Of a DNA stretch of 64,000 nt, positions 39,389 through 48,517 are shown one piece after another. The stretch spans positions 148,936 to 212,935 of the forward strand of contig CALRCK010000001.1 in NCBI GenBank assembly GCA_943354605.1, in the 5' to 3' direction. The first letter of the stretch is position 1; each line of letters starts with the position of its first letter. Position numbers and translations under genes: made by a program. This stretch comes from Candidatus Uhrbacteria bacterium (GTDB lineage: Bacteria; Patescibacteriota; Patescibacteriia; UBA9934). The notes below the pieces were generated by a model. It was not told the origin of the DNA. It saw only the letters and a program-made list of their open reading frames with translations, and did not search any database.

Positions 39389-41095
39389 ATGACCGCACGA
39401 AGTGTTGCACGGAAAGAGGTGTTTACCGCGCTCAAAAAGGCGTTGGGAAAAACATTCACCCTCACGGCGGACATGATTGTGTCGCCGCCAAAGCCGGGAT
39501 TCGGCGACTTGTGCTTTCCGTGTTTTACGTTGGCAAAGGGTATGAGTCGCAACCCGGCCGAGATCGCCACAGAACTTGCGGCAAAGATTGGGCCGTCGAA
39601 GATGATCAAGAAAATTACGTCCGCTGGGCCGTATGTGAACTTCACGTTTGACGACGAAGCGTTTGGTGCGCACGTGCTTGATGATGTCGCAAAGGCCAAG
39701 AAGCGATACGGTCGAGGCACCACAGGGAAGGGGAAGCGTGTGCTTGTAGAATACGCACAGCCAAATACACACAAAGAATTCCACGTTGGCCATTTGCGCA
39801 ACGCTATCTATGGTCAGTCGATCGTGAACCTTGTTTCGGCGAATGGATACGACACGATTGCTGCGGCGTATATTGGCGACATTGGGGCACACGTCGCAAA
39901 GGCGATTTGGGGATTCAAAAAGTTCTACGGCGAAGAGGCTGTTGCAAAGGAAAATCGCGCAAAGGTTCTTGGCGATGCGTACACGAAGGCGACACAATAT
40001 ATCGACGACCATCCAGACGCGAAGGAGGAGATTTCCGATATTCAACGAAAGCTCGAGGCTGAAGAGCAGCCTTGGCTTGGATTGTGGAAGGAAACGCGGG
40101 AGTGGAGTTTGGACGAGTTCCGAAAGGTGTTCGCCGAGCTCGGCGTGAAGCCGGGCGTATGGTACTTCGAAAGCGAAGTAGAGAAGCCGGGGAAAGAGCT
40201 TGTTCGGAAAATGCTGACCGATGGAATCGCAAAGAAGAGCGAGGGCGCGACGATTGTTGATCTTGCCGACGAAAATCTTGGTGTGTTCCTTGTATTAAAG
40301 ACCGATGGGTCGTCGTTGTACGCAACAAAAGATCTTGCGCTCGCGCTACAGAAAGATCGCGATTACGCCCCGGACCGGCAGATTTTTGTCATCGATGTGC
40401 GACAGTCGCTGTACATGAAGCAGCTGTTCGCAACATTGAAGCGCCTCGATTTCCATAAGGAGCTTGTGCATGTTGGCTACGAAATGGTGACATTGCCCGA
40501 TGGTGCGATGTCGTCGCGAAAGGGGAATATTGTTCGCTACGACGAGCTTCGCGATGCGATGTTCCAGACACTCGTGGATTCCACGAAGCTTCGTCATCCA
40601 GAATGGAAGGAAAAGGCGGTGAACACGAATGCGTTAACTCTTGCACTCGCGGCAATGAAATTCATGATGCTTCGCCAAGACCCGGGGAAAATTTTGGTCT
40701 TCGACATGGAAGAGGCCATGGCGACGGATGGATTCACGGGGCCGTATATTTTGTACACGATCGCTCGCATCAACAGTTTGCACGGAAAGACGAAGGTTTC
40801 CGCATTCCCGTTGGCATCGGCATTAACGGATCCCCAAGAGGTTCAGCTGTTGCGCAAAGTGTCGGAGTATCCCGACATTGTTGCACAGGCCGGAACGGAG
40901 ATGCGTCCATCGTTGGTGTGTTTGTACGCGTTTGAACTTGCGCAGATGTTCTCACGGTACTACGCCGAAGTGCACATGATTGACGAAGATCAACCATCGT
41001 TGACTGCCGCGAGACTCGGATTAGCGGATATTGTGAGCTCGACTTTAACGAACGCGATGGAGCTTCTGAATATTCAGGTTGTGAAGTCGATGTAG
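39389..41095 (+). CDS. argS: Arginyl-tRNA ligase
   Basis: VEY..PN..K.FHVGHLRN, K.DG..LY..KDLA, MSSRKG, G.TGPY..Y..AR. Confidence 0.96.
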   Translation: MTARSVARKEVFTALKKALGKTFTLTADMIVSPPKPGFGDLCFPCFTLAKGMSRNPAEIATELAAKIGPSKMIKKITSAGPYVNFTFDDEAFGAHVLDDVAKAKKRYGRGTTGKGKRVLVEYAQPNTHKEFHVGHLRNAIYGQSIVNLVSANGYDTIAAAYIGDIGAHVAKAIWGFKKFYGEEAVAKENRAKVLGDAYTKATQYIDDHPDAKEEISDIQRKLEAEEQPWLGLWKETREWSLDEFRKVFAELGVKPGVWYFESEVEKPGKELVRKMLTDGIAKKSEGATIVDLADENLGVFLVLKTDGSSLYATKDLALALQKDRDYAPDRQIFVIDVRQSLYMKQLFATLKRLDFHKELVHVGYEMVTLPDGAMSSRKGNIVRYDELRDAMFQTLVDSTKLRHPEWKEKAVNTNALTLALAAMKFMMLRQDPGKILVFDMEEAMATDGFTGPYILYTIARINSLHGKTKVSAFPLASALTDPQEVQLLRKVSEYPDIVAQAGTEMRPSLVCLYAFELAQMFSRYYAEVHMIDEDQPSLTAARLGLADIVSSTLTNAMELLNIQVVKSM

Positions 41096-41217
41096 GACTT
41101 CCTCATTTGGTCTATTTTCGATTTGCGCCATCGCAAACTCGCTCAACGTACACATGAAGTACGTCTCGCGAGCTTTGCTCGTCGCGCATCGAAACTAGCC
41201 TCAAATGAGAAACTCCT
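41095..41217. repeat. ~120-bp palindromic element, copy 5
   Basis: Core CTCGCTCAACGTACACATGAAGTACGTCTCG; arms CTCATTTG/CAAATGAG. Confidence 0.85.
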
Positions 41218-41256
41218 ATAATCTAGCCTATAATCAGTTATTATCTTGAAATCTTT

Positions 41257-41631
41257 ATGGCAAAAGGAACAGGTCCGGAAACGATCATTGCGCACGGAGT
41301 GCGGCTGGAAGGTGATTTGCATGCAGAAGGCGATATCGTGATTGAAGGCGAGGTGCACGGCACCGTCAAAACAAAGGGCGATCTTCGTATCGGCGATCAG
41401 GCTCTTGTGGAGGCGAACATTGAGGCAACGAATGCGGTGGTGAGCGGAGAAATTCGCGGGAACATTGTGGTTCATGGAAAGCTCGAGCTGTTCCCGTCGT
41501 CAAAAATGACCGGCGATGTCACAACAGAAGTTCTTGCGATCGGCCCCGGCGCGCAGGTGAACGGCAATATCAGCATGGGTGGCGAAGTCGTGAAGGGAAA
41601 GAAGCGTGCTGAGGCGGTTGATGAATCCTAA
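41257..41631 (+). CDS. Bactofilin (polymer-forming cytoskeletal protein)
   Basis: TII..G...EGD.....I.G...G.V beta-helix repeats. Confidence 0.9.
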   Translation: MAKGTGPETIIAHGVRLEGDLHAEGDIVIEGEVHGTVKTKGDLRIGDQALVEANIEATNAVVSGEIRGNIVVHGKLELFPSSKMTGDVTTEVLAIGPGAQVNGNISMGGEVVKGKKRAEAVDES

Positions 41632-41633
41632 GT

Positions 41634-42368
41634 GTGTATTGCTACGTGTACGACGAAGCGCTCCAAGACCGACGGTTTGAGCGAGAGCTCGCCCAAATTG
41701 AAACGCGCTTAACGGACTTGGGTATTGCCGGCAAGATTGCTCGCTTGGCCTTGTTTCGCGAACCGATCGAGTTGATTCGCGACGAAATTCGCGGGGGAGT
41801 GACGACTGTGGTTGCGGTAGGGAACGACATGACGCTTCGGCGGGTGATTGACGCTGTGCAAGATCGAAAAACCGTCGTGGCATTGCTTCCCGTTGGCCCA
41901 CAAGGCGGCATGGCCGAACTTTTGGGCATGCCAAGCGGCGTTGCGGCATGCGATGTGCTCAGTGCTCGAATCGTTGAAGAGCTCGATGTCGGCGAAGTGA
42001 ACGGCAAGCGATTCGTGCAGTCCGTCCACATCGACGGAACAGATTTCTCTATCCATCACGGCAAACAGTATGTCATTACGCCAATGCGCAAAGCTTCCAT
42101 CGAGGTGAGAAACTTCGCTGCACCCGACGACGCCGGTATGATCAGTCCGATCGATGGCCGACTTTCTCTTATTCTTCGTCTTCCAAAGTTTTCATTATTC
42201 AAAGGCAAGGCCGACGTTGGCGTGATTCCGTTCGAAGAAATGTTCGTTGCTTGCGAAAATCACATTACCGCCACAGTGGACGGGGATCAGCTTCTAGGAA
42301 AAGATTTTTCCTTCCGTGTTATCCCGAAAGCGCTCCGATTGGTTACGGGGAAATCGAGGAAGTTTTAG
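41634..42368 (+). CDS. Diacylglycerol kinase catalytic domain-like protein
   Basis: VVAVGND.T, LPVG...A..LG.P, LDVG.VNG, VDG. Confidence 0.75.
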   Translation: MYCYVYDEALQDRRFERELAQIETRLTDLGIAGKIARLALFREPIELIRDEIRGGVTTVVAVGNDMTLRRVIDAVQDRKTVVALLPVGPQGGMAELLGMPSGVAACDVLSARIVEELDVGEVNGKRFVQSVHIDGTDFSIHHGKQYVITPMRKASIEVRNFAAPDDAGMISPIDGRLSLILRLPKFSLFKGKADVGVIPFEEMFVACENHITATVDGDQLLGKDFSFRVIPKALRLVTGKSRKF

Positions 42369-42798
42369 TGTTTTGCAGGTACTCCTTTGAGAAATACACA
42401 ATCGACGCAACAAACATCGTGGTCGAGGTAAACGCGGAGAACATGCAATACTGGCAAATAGCGTGGATGACGAAGAATTGCAGATAGACGAACCAGGCGG
42501 AGAAGAGAAAACCGAAGGTTGTGGCGATGGCGATGAAGCGGAGGAGATCGAATTTTTTGGTTTCGAGAATAATGTACACGGAAAGGAAGATTGCCAGGTA
42601 GTAGAGCGCGCCAAGGAGGGCAACGGGAACACCCATGATTGATGAGTATTCGCTTTTTGTGACGAGATCGCATCCGTGAGTGATAGTGCAGGGAAGGGTG
42701 AATTGCGTGTAGTGCTGGATGGTGAGGTACGCCGCATCGAAGAATCCGACGATACTCACGCCAAGAACGGTGAAGGGATACCAGCGAGATGCGGACAT
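42343..42798 (-). CDS. Vitamin K epoxide reductase family protein
   Basis: C....GC..V..S.YS, G.PVA..G, IC.YC. Confidence 0.92.
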   Translation of the reverse strand: MSASRWYPFTVLGVSIVGFFDAAYLTIQHYTQFTLPCTITHGCDLVTKSEYSSIMGVPVALLGALYYLAIFLSVYIILETKKFDLLRFIAIATTFGFLFSAWFVYLQFFVIHAICQYCMFSAFTSTTMFVASIVYFSKEYLQNTKTSSISP

Positions 42799-42801
42799 AG
42801 T

Positions 42802-43512
42802 TTATTGCGCTGCTTCCGAGCTCGCGGAAGATGCTGGCGGGGTTTCTGTGTCGTGGATTGGCGGAAGTGCGGCGTCGATGAGCGCCTTAAACGGCTCGAG
42901 ACCTTGTGGGCTCTTAATTTCCATGCCGTTCAAGAAAAACGTTGGGGTTGCGTTGATATTCGCTGCATTGCCACCGTTCATGTCGTCTTTAATGGCGCTG
43001 AGAACGGCGTCGCTGGTAAGATCGGTTTTGAATTTTTCAACATCGAGACCAAGCGACGTTGCGTACCCAAGAAAAAGACCTGTTGGATCAGCTTCGGCGC
43101 TCCACGTTTTCTGGTTGCCGAACAGTACATCGTGCATCAAGAAAAACTTTCCCTGGATTCCTGCAGCTTCTGCGGCTTGAGCAGCGAGTTGAGCATTCGG
43201 ATGAATCGTTGTGAGTGGATAGTTACGATAGACGATTTTCAGCTTGTCGCCGTACGCTTCCTCAAGACCTTTCACGACTGGGAAATACGCACCACATGCC
43301 GGGCACTGGAAGTCGCTGTACTCCACGAGCACGACAGAAGCGTCCTTGTTGCCAACAAACCAATCGCTGTCGTTCACTGGAACGCTGAGGGTCTGTGGAT
43401 CATTTGCGTGGTCCTGTGCGTTGCCAATCCATGCCATGCCCGCAACCACCACAACGATGCCGGCAAGAATCGTGGTGATGCGCCCAACAAGCCCAAATTT
43501 CATGTTTGCCAT
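42802..43512 (-). CDS. DsbA family oxidoreductase
   Basis: EYSDFQCPAC, YRNYPL..IH, TPTFFLNG. Confidence 0.92.
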   Translation of the reverse strand: MANMKFGLVGRITTILAGIVVVVAGMAWIGNAQDHANDPQTLSVPVNDSDWFVGNKDASVVLVEYSDFQCPACGAYFPVVKGLEEAYGDKLKIVYRNYPLTTIHPNAQLAAQAAEAAGIQGKFFLMHDVLFGNQKTWSAEADPTGLFLGYATSLGLDVEKFKTDLTSDAVLSAIKDDMNGGNAANINATPTFFLNGMEIKSPQGLEPFKALIDAALPPIHDTETPPASSASSEAAQ

Positions 43513-43577
43513 AGTGCGATAAGGGTATCAAAGAACAGGGAAACGAAAAAGAAGTCCGTTCAGGACTTCTTCATCGA

Positions 43578-43653
43578 TGGTGGACCGTATCGGGATCGAA
43601 CCGATGACCTTCTGACTGCCAGCCAGACGCTCTACCAGCTGAGCTAACGGCCC
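43578..43653 (-). tRNA. tRNA-Ala(GGC)
   Basis: Cloverleaf, loop CTGGCAG, G3-U70 pair, encoded CCA. Confidence 0.95.
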
Positions 43654-43664
43654 AAAGGATGTCC

Positions 43665-43741
43665 TGGTGGACGCCGGGGGATTCGAACCCTCGACCCTCT
43701 CGGTGTAAACGAGATGCTCTAACCAGCTGAGCTAGGCGTCC
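43665..43741 (-). tRNA. tRNA-Val(UAC)
   Basis: Cloverleaf, loop TTTACAC, encoded CCA. Confidence 0.95.
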
Positions 43742-43823
43742 AAATATCCTATCGCCGAGCAATAGTACCGGAAGGCTTGAATCTTTTCAATCTTGAGGTT
43801 ATGCTTCTGCCCGTTCCTTTGGT

Positions 43824-45446
43824 CTATTTGCGCGGATGGTGAAATGGTAGACACGCCAGCTTGAGGGGCTGGTGGCCGCAAGGTCGTGGAGGTTCGAGTC
43901 CTCTTCCGCGCACCAATACAGAACTCAACGGCTTTTTCAAAGCCAGAAGGTGGGACGCGCGAAGCGCGTCCCACTGATTTCCCCCCATTTTTCCAAACGA
44001 ATTTGGAGCACCGCCTTCGGCGGTGCGCACTGTTTTTTCGCCAAGAAGCAGGTTCGAGCCAAAGATTTCTTTGGCAACGACCTTTTTCGCAAAAGGGTTG
44101 CTATCCCGTGCGATTCTACTTAGATTTTGAGCGTCTTTTATCCACTCCTTCATCGGTTCGAGCCAATCATTTTGCTTTTGTAGAAGTGAAGATATTTTCT
44201 CTTCCAGCGACTTCTTTGTAAATAACAACTTTGATTTTTCAGCACGATATATTTCTTGTTCAATAACTTGGTCTAAATAGCCGTCAAGAAGTCGCTGGAG
44301 CTTCGCTTCAATATTTTTGATTTCTTTTTTCACTTCTTCTACAAAAGCAGAATTAGACTGGGCAGATTTTTTGTGGTCTTGCAGAGCAAGACGATTTAGT
44401 TCTTCCGCCCAGTCTGGTGGCAAAGAAACTGATTTGATAAGTGATGATAGCTGTTTGTCTAATTCCTCTTGGCGAATACAAGGTTCGGGACATTTTATAT
44501 TTTTGTTTTTCTTTGAACAATGGTAGTAAGTGTAATTATGCACATTTCCATTTTTCTGTTTCTTAACCTTGTATTCGCCAGTTATCATCATTCCGCATGA
44601 GGCGCAAGAAATTAGTCCACAAAAAGGTTGAGGTTCATTTTTAGATTTTCTGTCAGGTACACCGCGAAGTTTCAAAATTTCTTGCGCCTTATCAAACAGT
44701 TTCTTTGACACAATTGGCTCGTACTTTCCCTCATGGCGTTCACCGCCATATTTGAACAAACCGATGTAAAAAGGATTGGAAAGAATAAAAGACGCTCTAG
44801 TTTTGGAGATTATCTTTCCGCCTCTCGAAACGATTCCATTTTTCGCCAAAAAGTTTGAGATGTCTTCTAATCTACTTTCACCTTTCGCGTATTTCTCAAA
44901 AGCCAAGCGAATGACGCGAGATTTTTTCTTGTCCACTACGACAGATTTTGTGCGAGAGTCGTTGATATACCCCACTGGCGCTTGGCTTGGATAATCGCCA
45001 TTACGAACTTTTTGGCGAAGCCCTCGTTTCGTGTTTTCGGAAAGAGAATCTACATAGTATTTGCTTTGCCCAAAGGCGATGTTGAGCATAAATTTTCCTT
45101 GTGAAGTGTTTTCACACCAAAAAGTTGGAAATTTCAATATCGCCAAATGCCCGCAATCCAAAAGATAAATTATTCGTCCACCGTCCACAGAATTGCGCGC
45201 CAAGCGATCCGGATGCCAAGCAAGGATAGCATTTGCATCGCCGTTTTCAATACGCGAAATCATTTTATTAAACACTGGACGACCAGGAATTTTAGCCGAT
45301 TGTTTTTCAATCAATTCTTCGGCGATATGCAAACCCTCTTGCTTGGCATACGCGCGCAATTCGGTGAGTTGGGCGTCAATAGATAAAACCTGCTTGTCCT
45401 CAACATCGGTGGACTTGCGGGCATACAAAAAGAATTTTTGTTCCAT
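43824..45446 (-). CDS. Large serine recombinase; C-terminus read antisense through tRNA-Leu
   Basis: YARKST, SAK..GRP.F, DRLARN, recombinase domain, CASCG..YYHC..C zinc ribbon, coiled coil; TGcTATAAT upstream of ATG 45446. Confidence 0.93.
   Translation of the reverse strand: MEQKFFLYARKSTDVEDKQVLSIDAQLTELRAYAKQEGLHIAEELIEKQSAKIPGRPVFNKMISRIENGDANAILAWHPDRLARNSVDGGRIIYLLDCGHLAILKFPTFWCENTSQGKFMLNIAFGQSKYYVDSLSENTKRGLRQKVRNGDYPSQAPVGYINDSRTKSVVVDKKKSRVIRLAFEKYAKGESRLEDISNFLAKNGIVSRGGKIISKTRASFILSNPFYIGLFKYGGERHEGKYEPIVSKKLFDKAQEILKLRGVPDRKSKNEPQPFCGLISCASCGMMITGEYKVKKQKNGNVHNYTYYHCSKKNKNIKCPEPCIRQEELDKQLSSLIKSVSLPPDWAEELNRLALQDHKKSAQSNSAFVEEVKKEIKNIEAKLQRLLDGYLDQVIEQEIYRAEKSKLLFTKKSLEEKISSLLQKQNDWLEPMKEWIKDAQNLSRIARDSNPFAKKVVAKEIFGSNLLLGEKTVRTAEGGAPNSFGKMGGNQWDALRASHLLALKKPLSSVLVRGRGLEPPRPCGHQPLKLACLPFHHPRK
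43830..43915 (+). tRNA. tRNA-Leu(GAG), integration target
   Basis: Anticodon arm CCAGC-TTGAGGG-GCTGG, long variable arm, encoded CCA. Confidence 0.95.
43910..44057 (+). repeat. 148-bp left arm; inverted copy at 45514-45661
   Basis: Reverse-complement match with a few substitutions. Confidence 0.92.
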
Positions 45447-45513
45447 AGAGGGATTATAGCAAAAATTCTTTTTGTTGGGCAAATCCTTTTTTGAATTTGT
45501 ATCGCACGGGATT

Positions 45514-45970
45514 TCGAACCTGCTTCTTGGCGAAAAAACAGTGCGCGTCGCCGAAGGCGACGCTCCGAATTCGTTTGGAAAAATGGGGGGAAATCAGTGG
45601 GACGCGCTTCGCGCGTCCCACCTTCTGGCTTTGAAAAAGCCGTTGAGTTCTGTATTGGTGCCTTTACTATACCAAGTTAGAACCTATTTTCAAAATAAAA
45701 TATCATAGTGTTTCCCGCGCGCTAAAGCGCCACCACGCGAAGCGTGGTGCTTCTGCTGAAGCAGAAGTGCGGGAAAACGCTCTGCACTCCGCCACAATGT
45801 TTTGGGGGCAAAGGAGGCGGAGTGCAGAAATGCGGAACGCGAGCGAAATTTTGCGAAATGCTGGGGGTTTGGGGGAAAGTATTTCGCAAAATTCGCTTCG
45901 CGTGCTTCCTGATTTTTTGGCGACAGAATTGCGGGGTAAAATTGTTCAAATTCGGATTTTTTGATATAAT
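45514..45970 (+). repeat. Internal inverted circle junction (attP-like): left-arm copy + TGGTGC core + right-arm copy
   Basis: 45514-45661 mirrors 43910-44057; 45656-45970 mirrors 48518-48832; the two overlap only at the core. Confidence 0.9.
45942..45970 (+). promoter_or_regulatory. Sigma70 promoter at the tip of the 315-bp arm (second copy 48518-48546 on minus)
   Basis: TTGTTC-17 nt-TATAAT; repeat identity ends exactly at TATAAT. Confidence 0.7.
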
Positions 45971-45982
45971 GTTTTTGATATT

Positions 45983-46576
45983 ATGAAGTTTACTATCAAA
46001 GTTATTAATGCGATTAGCCAAGCAGCGATTTGGCATAAAGACCAAGTTCGCAAGGACTTTGAAGAAACGCCTTATATTGCGCATCCATTTTCTGTAATGC
46101 TGACCCTTTTGGAATTTACAAATGATGAAGATGTTTTAATCGCTTCATTATTCCATGATGTTTTAGAAGATGTAAATCTAAAACTTGCTGAAATTATAGA
46201 AAAAGAATATGGCTCCAAGGTTATAAAAATTGTAAAAGCATTGAGCGAAGACAAAGATCCTGAAAAACAAACTGATGCCAAAGCCACATGGCGCTCGAGA
46301 AAATTAGGATATTTAGAACATCTTAAACTTGCTCCGAAGGAGGTCCTTTTGATAAGCTGTGCGGACAAGCTAGACAATTACCATACGCTTGCCAACACCA
46401 TCGAAAATTACGGCTTCAATATAGCATTAAAAAATTTTAATGCTCCGCTCAAAGATCAATTATGGTTTGCTGATGAAATAATAGAAATTTTCAAGAACCG
46501 TCTACATGGTCATCCACTGGTCAATCGTCTTTCGCAAATAATCAATCACATCAAAATCCTATCAAATACTCATTAA
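45983..46576 (+). CDS. HD-domain hydrolase, Mesh1/small alarmone hydrolase-like
   Basis: H..Q.RK....PYI.HP..V, LFHDVLED, ADKLDN. Confidence 0.85.
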   Translation: MKFTIKVINAISQAAIWHKDQVRKDFEETPYIAHPFSVMLTLLEFTNDEDVLIASLFHDVLEDVNLKLAEIIEKEYGSKVIKIVKALSEDKDPEKQTDAKATWRSRKLGYLEHLKLAPKEVLLISCADKLDNYHTLANTIENYGFNIALKNFNAPLKDQLWFADEIIEIFKNRLHGHPLVNRLSQIINHIKILSNTH

Positions 46577-46887
46577 TTAATTTCAGAATCTAATTTTTCT
46601 TTAGCCTTTGCAAAATCCACCATTGTTTTTTCCTCAGGCAAACTGCCATAATATAACCTTGTATATTCATCAATTATTTCTTGGCCTTCGCTTCCGTTTA
46701 GATCTTTCCCTTGTATGTCTTGGCGCCAATAAAGCTCAACAAATTTTTGATAATCAAACGGTTCCTTATTGTAAGGATTTTCATTAATTAACTTATCCAA
46801 GCTCGCTTTTTTTTCTTCTCTAATTTTCTTATAAATCATATTCTGGTCTTCTGGGGATATAAAGTTTGTTTTTTCATTCATAGACAT
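46573..46887 (-). CDS. Hypothetical cargo protein
   Basis: 104-aa ORF in AT-rich DNA downstream of the zeta-like gene. Confidence 0.7.
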   Translation of the reverse strand: MSMNEKTNFISPEDQNMIYKKIREEKKASLDKLINENPYNKEPFDYQKFVELYWRQDIQGKDLNGSEGQEIIDEYTRLYYGSLPEEKTMVDFAKAKEKLDSEIN

Positions 46888-46916
46888 AATTAGTATTCTT
46901 AAATTTAATTATAATA

Positions 46917-48332
46917 TTATTGCGCTTTACTATCAAGAGCCACGCCGATAGTTTTACCTAAATATTGTCGTAAAGTTTCTGCTGTTTTTTCTGCAAATTG
47001 TTGTGATTTTTCATCGAAATATGTCGCTGTAAAATTTTGTATGTATTCTTCTGTGATTACAGTATTGTTGATCCTTTCTATCTCTTCTTCCGGTTCTTCA
47101 ATTGATTGGCCGGCTAAATTCTCTCTACCCTCAATAATTCTAACTTTTCCAGCTTCTTCATCCCACACGGCGACTTCAACGGATTGTCTTAATTCCTTGT
47201 CATAAGCCATTAAAACATATCCATTGACTAACTGCGGATTATCATCTAAAGATTTATGTTGGACCTCACGATTTCCTCTAATCCCTCGAAATCCCTGCGC
47301 CACACCATCAAAGGCTATGTTTGGATCGGCGCCTCCCTTTTCACGTTCCAAAACTCTTACAGCGGAAAGCTCGAGCGGAACATCAATATCCATAATTGCA
47401 ATCTTACGGCCAGTTTCCTTAGCACTTTCAATCATTTCTTCTATGTCCGCATGCTCATTCATTAATTTATCGAAAACTACCGATGTATCTGCGCTAGATA
47501 CTTCTTTTTTAACAGCTCTTCCCAACATGGTACTTTCAGCATGAACTTGAGTAGACGATAAATTGCCTTTTTCTTTGAGCGGTCCCTTGAAAACATCTGG
47601 CGCCAATGAGCCGCTTGGTTGTCCTTTTTCATCTAAAATGCCTTTAAACATCTCATGCCCCCTGCGAAGAGCGGTTGTTTTACCTGCCCCGGGAGATCCG
47701 CGTAAAGCAAAAATTGTTGGGGGAGGAATTCTAGGGTTTTCTCTTTCGAGCCTCCTAGATAAATCCAAGGCCTGTTGAGTGTTTTCTCTTTTCAATCGTT
47801 CGTGTAATGACCGTCTACCATCCCAATTTTCAGGATTATCGTAGATTGTGCTTCTTTCTTTCTTAGACAATCCTGTCGTATCAACAAGGCAAAAAACCTT
47901 AGATGTATCTATATTTGGGTCTCTTGATAATAATTCAATGTTTTTATCATAACCTTCTTCACTTCTATGGCCTTCTTGGCTTGATGTAGGTTCTCCCGCG
48001 TCCGTTATTTCTCTAATTTTCCCCACTTCTTCGCCTGCAAGTTGCGTAGCTTCTGTTTGTATTTCATTCAGTTTTCCATCAAGCCCTTGTTCCTGCCGAA
48101 CGGCTGATAACATATCGGGAGATACACTCATGCTTTGAGATGATAACTCAATTCTCTGTTGCGCTTCCGGCAAAACATTGGCTGTTTGTTCAGCAATATT
48201 TTTTTCGGCGGAAACAGCGAATTGTTCTACCTGTTTGTTGCTGACCTCCGCCTCAACGGCTTCTTCCGGTGACCTGATTTCTGTTTCTGCTGTTTCTATT
48301 TTAGCTTGGGGTGAAAAACGTTCTGTTTTCAT
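46917..48332 (-). CDS. Zeta toxin-like P-loop kinase with acidic N-terminal extension
   Basis: GSPGAGKTT, PD.FK, VH.ES, VVFD, DVPLE....R...R. Confidence 0.75.
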   Translation of the reverse strand: MKTERFSPQAKIETAETEIRSPEEAVEAEVSNKQVEQFAVSAEKNIAEQTANVLPEAQQRIELSSQSMSVSPDMLSAVRQEQGLDGKLNEIQTEATQLAGEEVGKIREITDAGEPTSSQEGHRSEEGYDKNIELLSRDPNIDTSKVFCLVDTTGLSKKERSTIYDNPENWDGRRSLHERLKRENTQQALDLSRRLERENPRIPPPTIFALRGSPGAGKTTALRRGHEMFKGILDEKGQPSGSLAPDVFKGPLKEKGNLSSTQVHAESTMLGRAVKKEVSSADTSVVFDKLMNEHADIEEMIESAKETGRKIAIMDIDVPLELSAVRVLEREKGGADPNIAFDGVAQGFRGIRGNREVQHKSLDDNPQLVNGYVLMAYDKELRQSVEVAVWDEEAGKVRIIEGRENLAGQSIEEPEEEIERINNTVITEEYIQNFTATYFDEKSQQFAEKTAETLRQYLGKTIGVALDSKAQ

Positions 48333-48499
48333 AGTTGCTTTAATGATTTTCTAAGCTCGTCCAATTTTTTCTCTTTGAGCGTGTCTAAAAAATCGGCGAC
48401 GATATCATCGCGCTTTTTCTTAAGCACGGAAAATTTGGCTGCAAATTCCGTCACTATTTTCTCAATTTCTTTTTTCTTTTGTAAATTTTTATTGGTCAT
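48329..48499 (-). CDS. 56-aa Lys-rich helical protein, candidate antitoxin
   Basis: Hand translated MTNKNLQKKKEIEKIV...KSLKQL; ATGA overlap with the zeta-like gene. Confidence 0.65.
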   Translation of the reverse strand: MTNKNLQKKKEIEKIVTEFAAKFSVLKKKRDDIVADFLDTLKEKKLDELRKSLKQL

Positions 48500-48517
48500 A
48501 TTCTATATATTGAGTCT

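Noticed and set aside
45722-46084. ORFs inside the 315-bp arms (also 48496-48766)
   Set aside because: They arise from a hairpin-rich repeat in several frames, with no coding signals.
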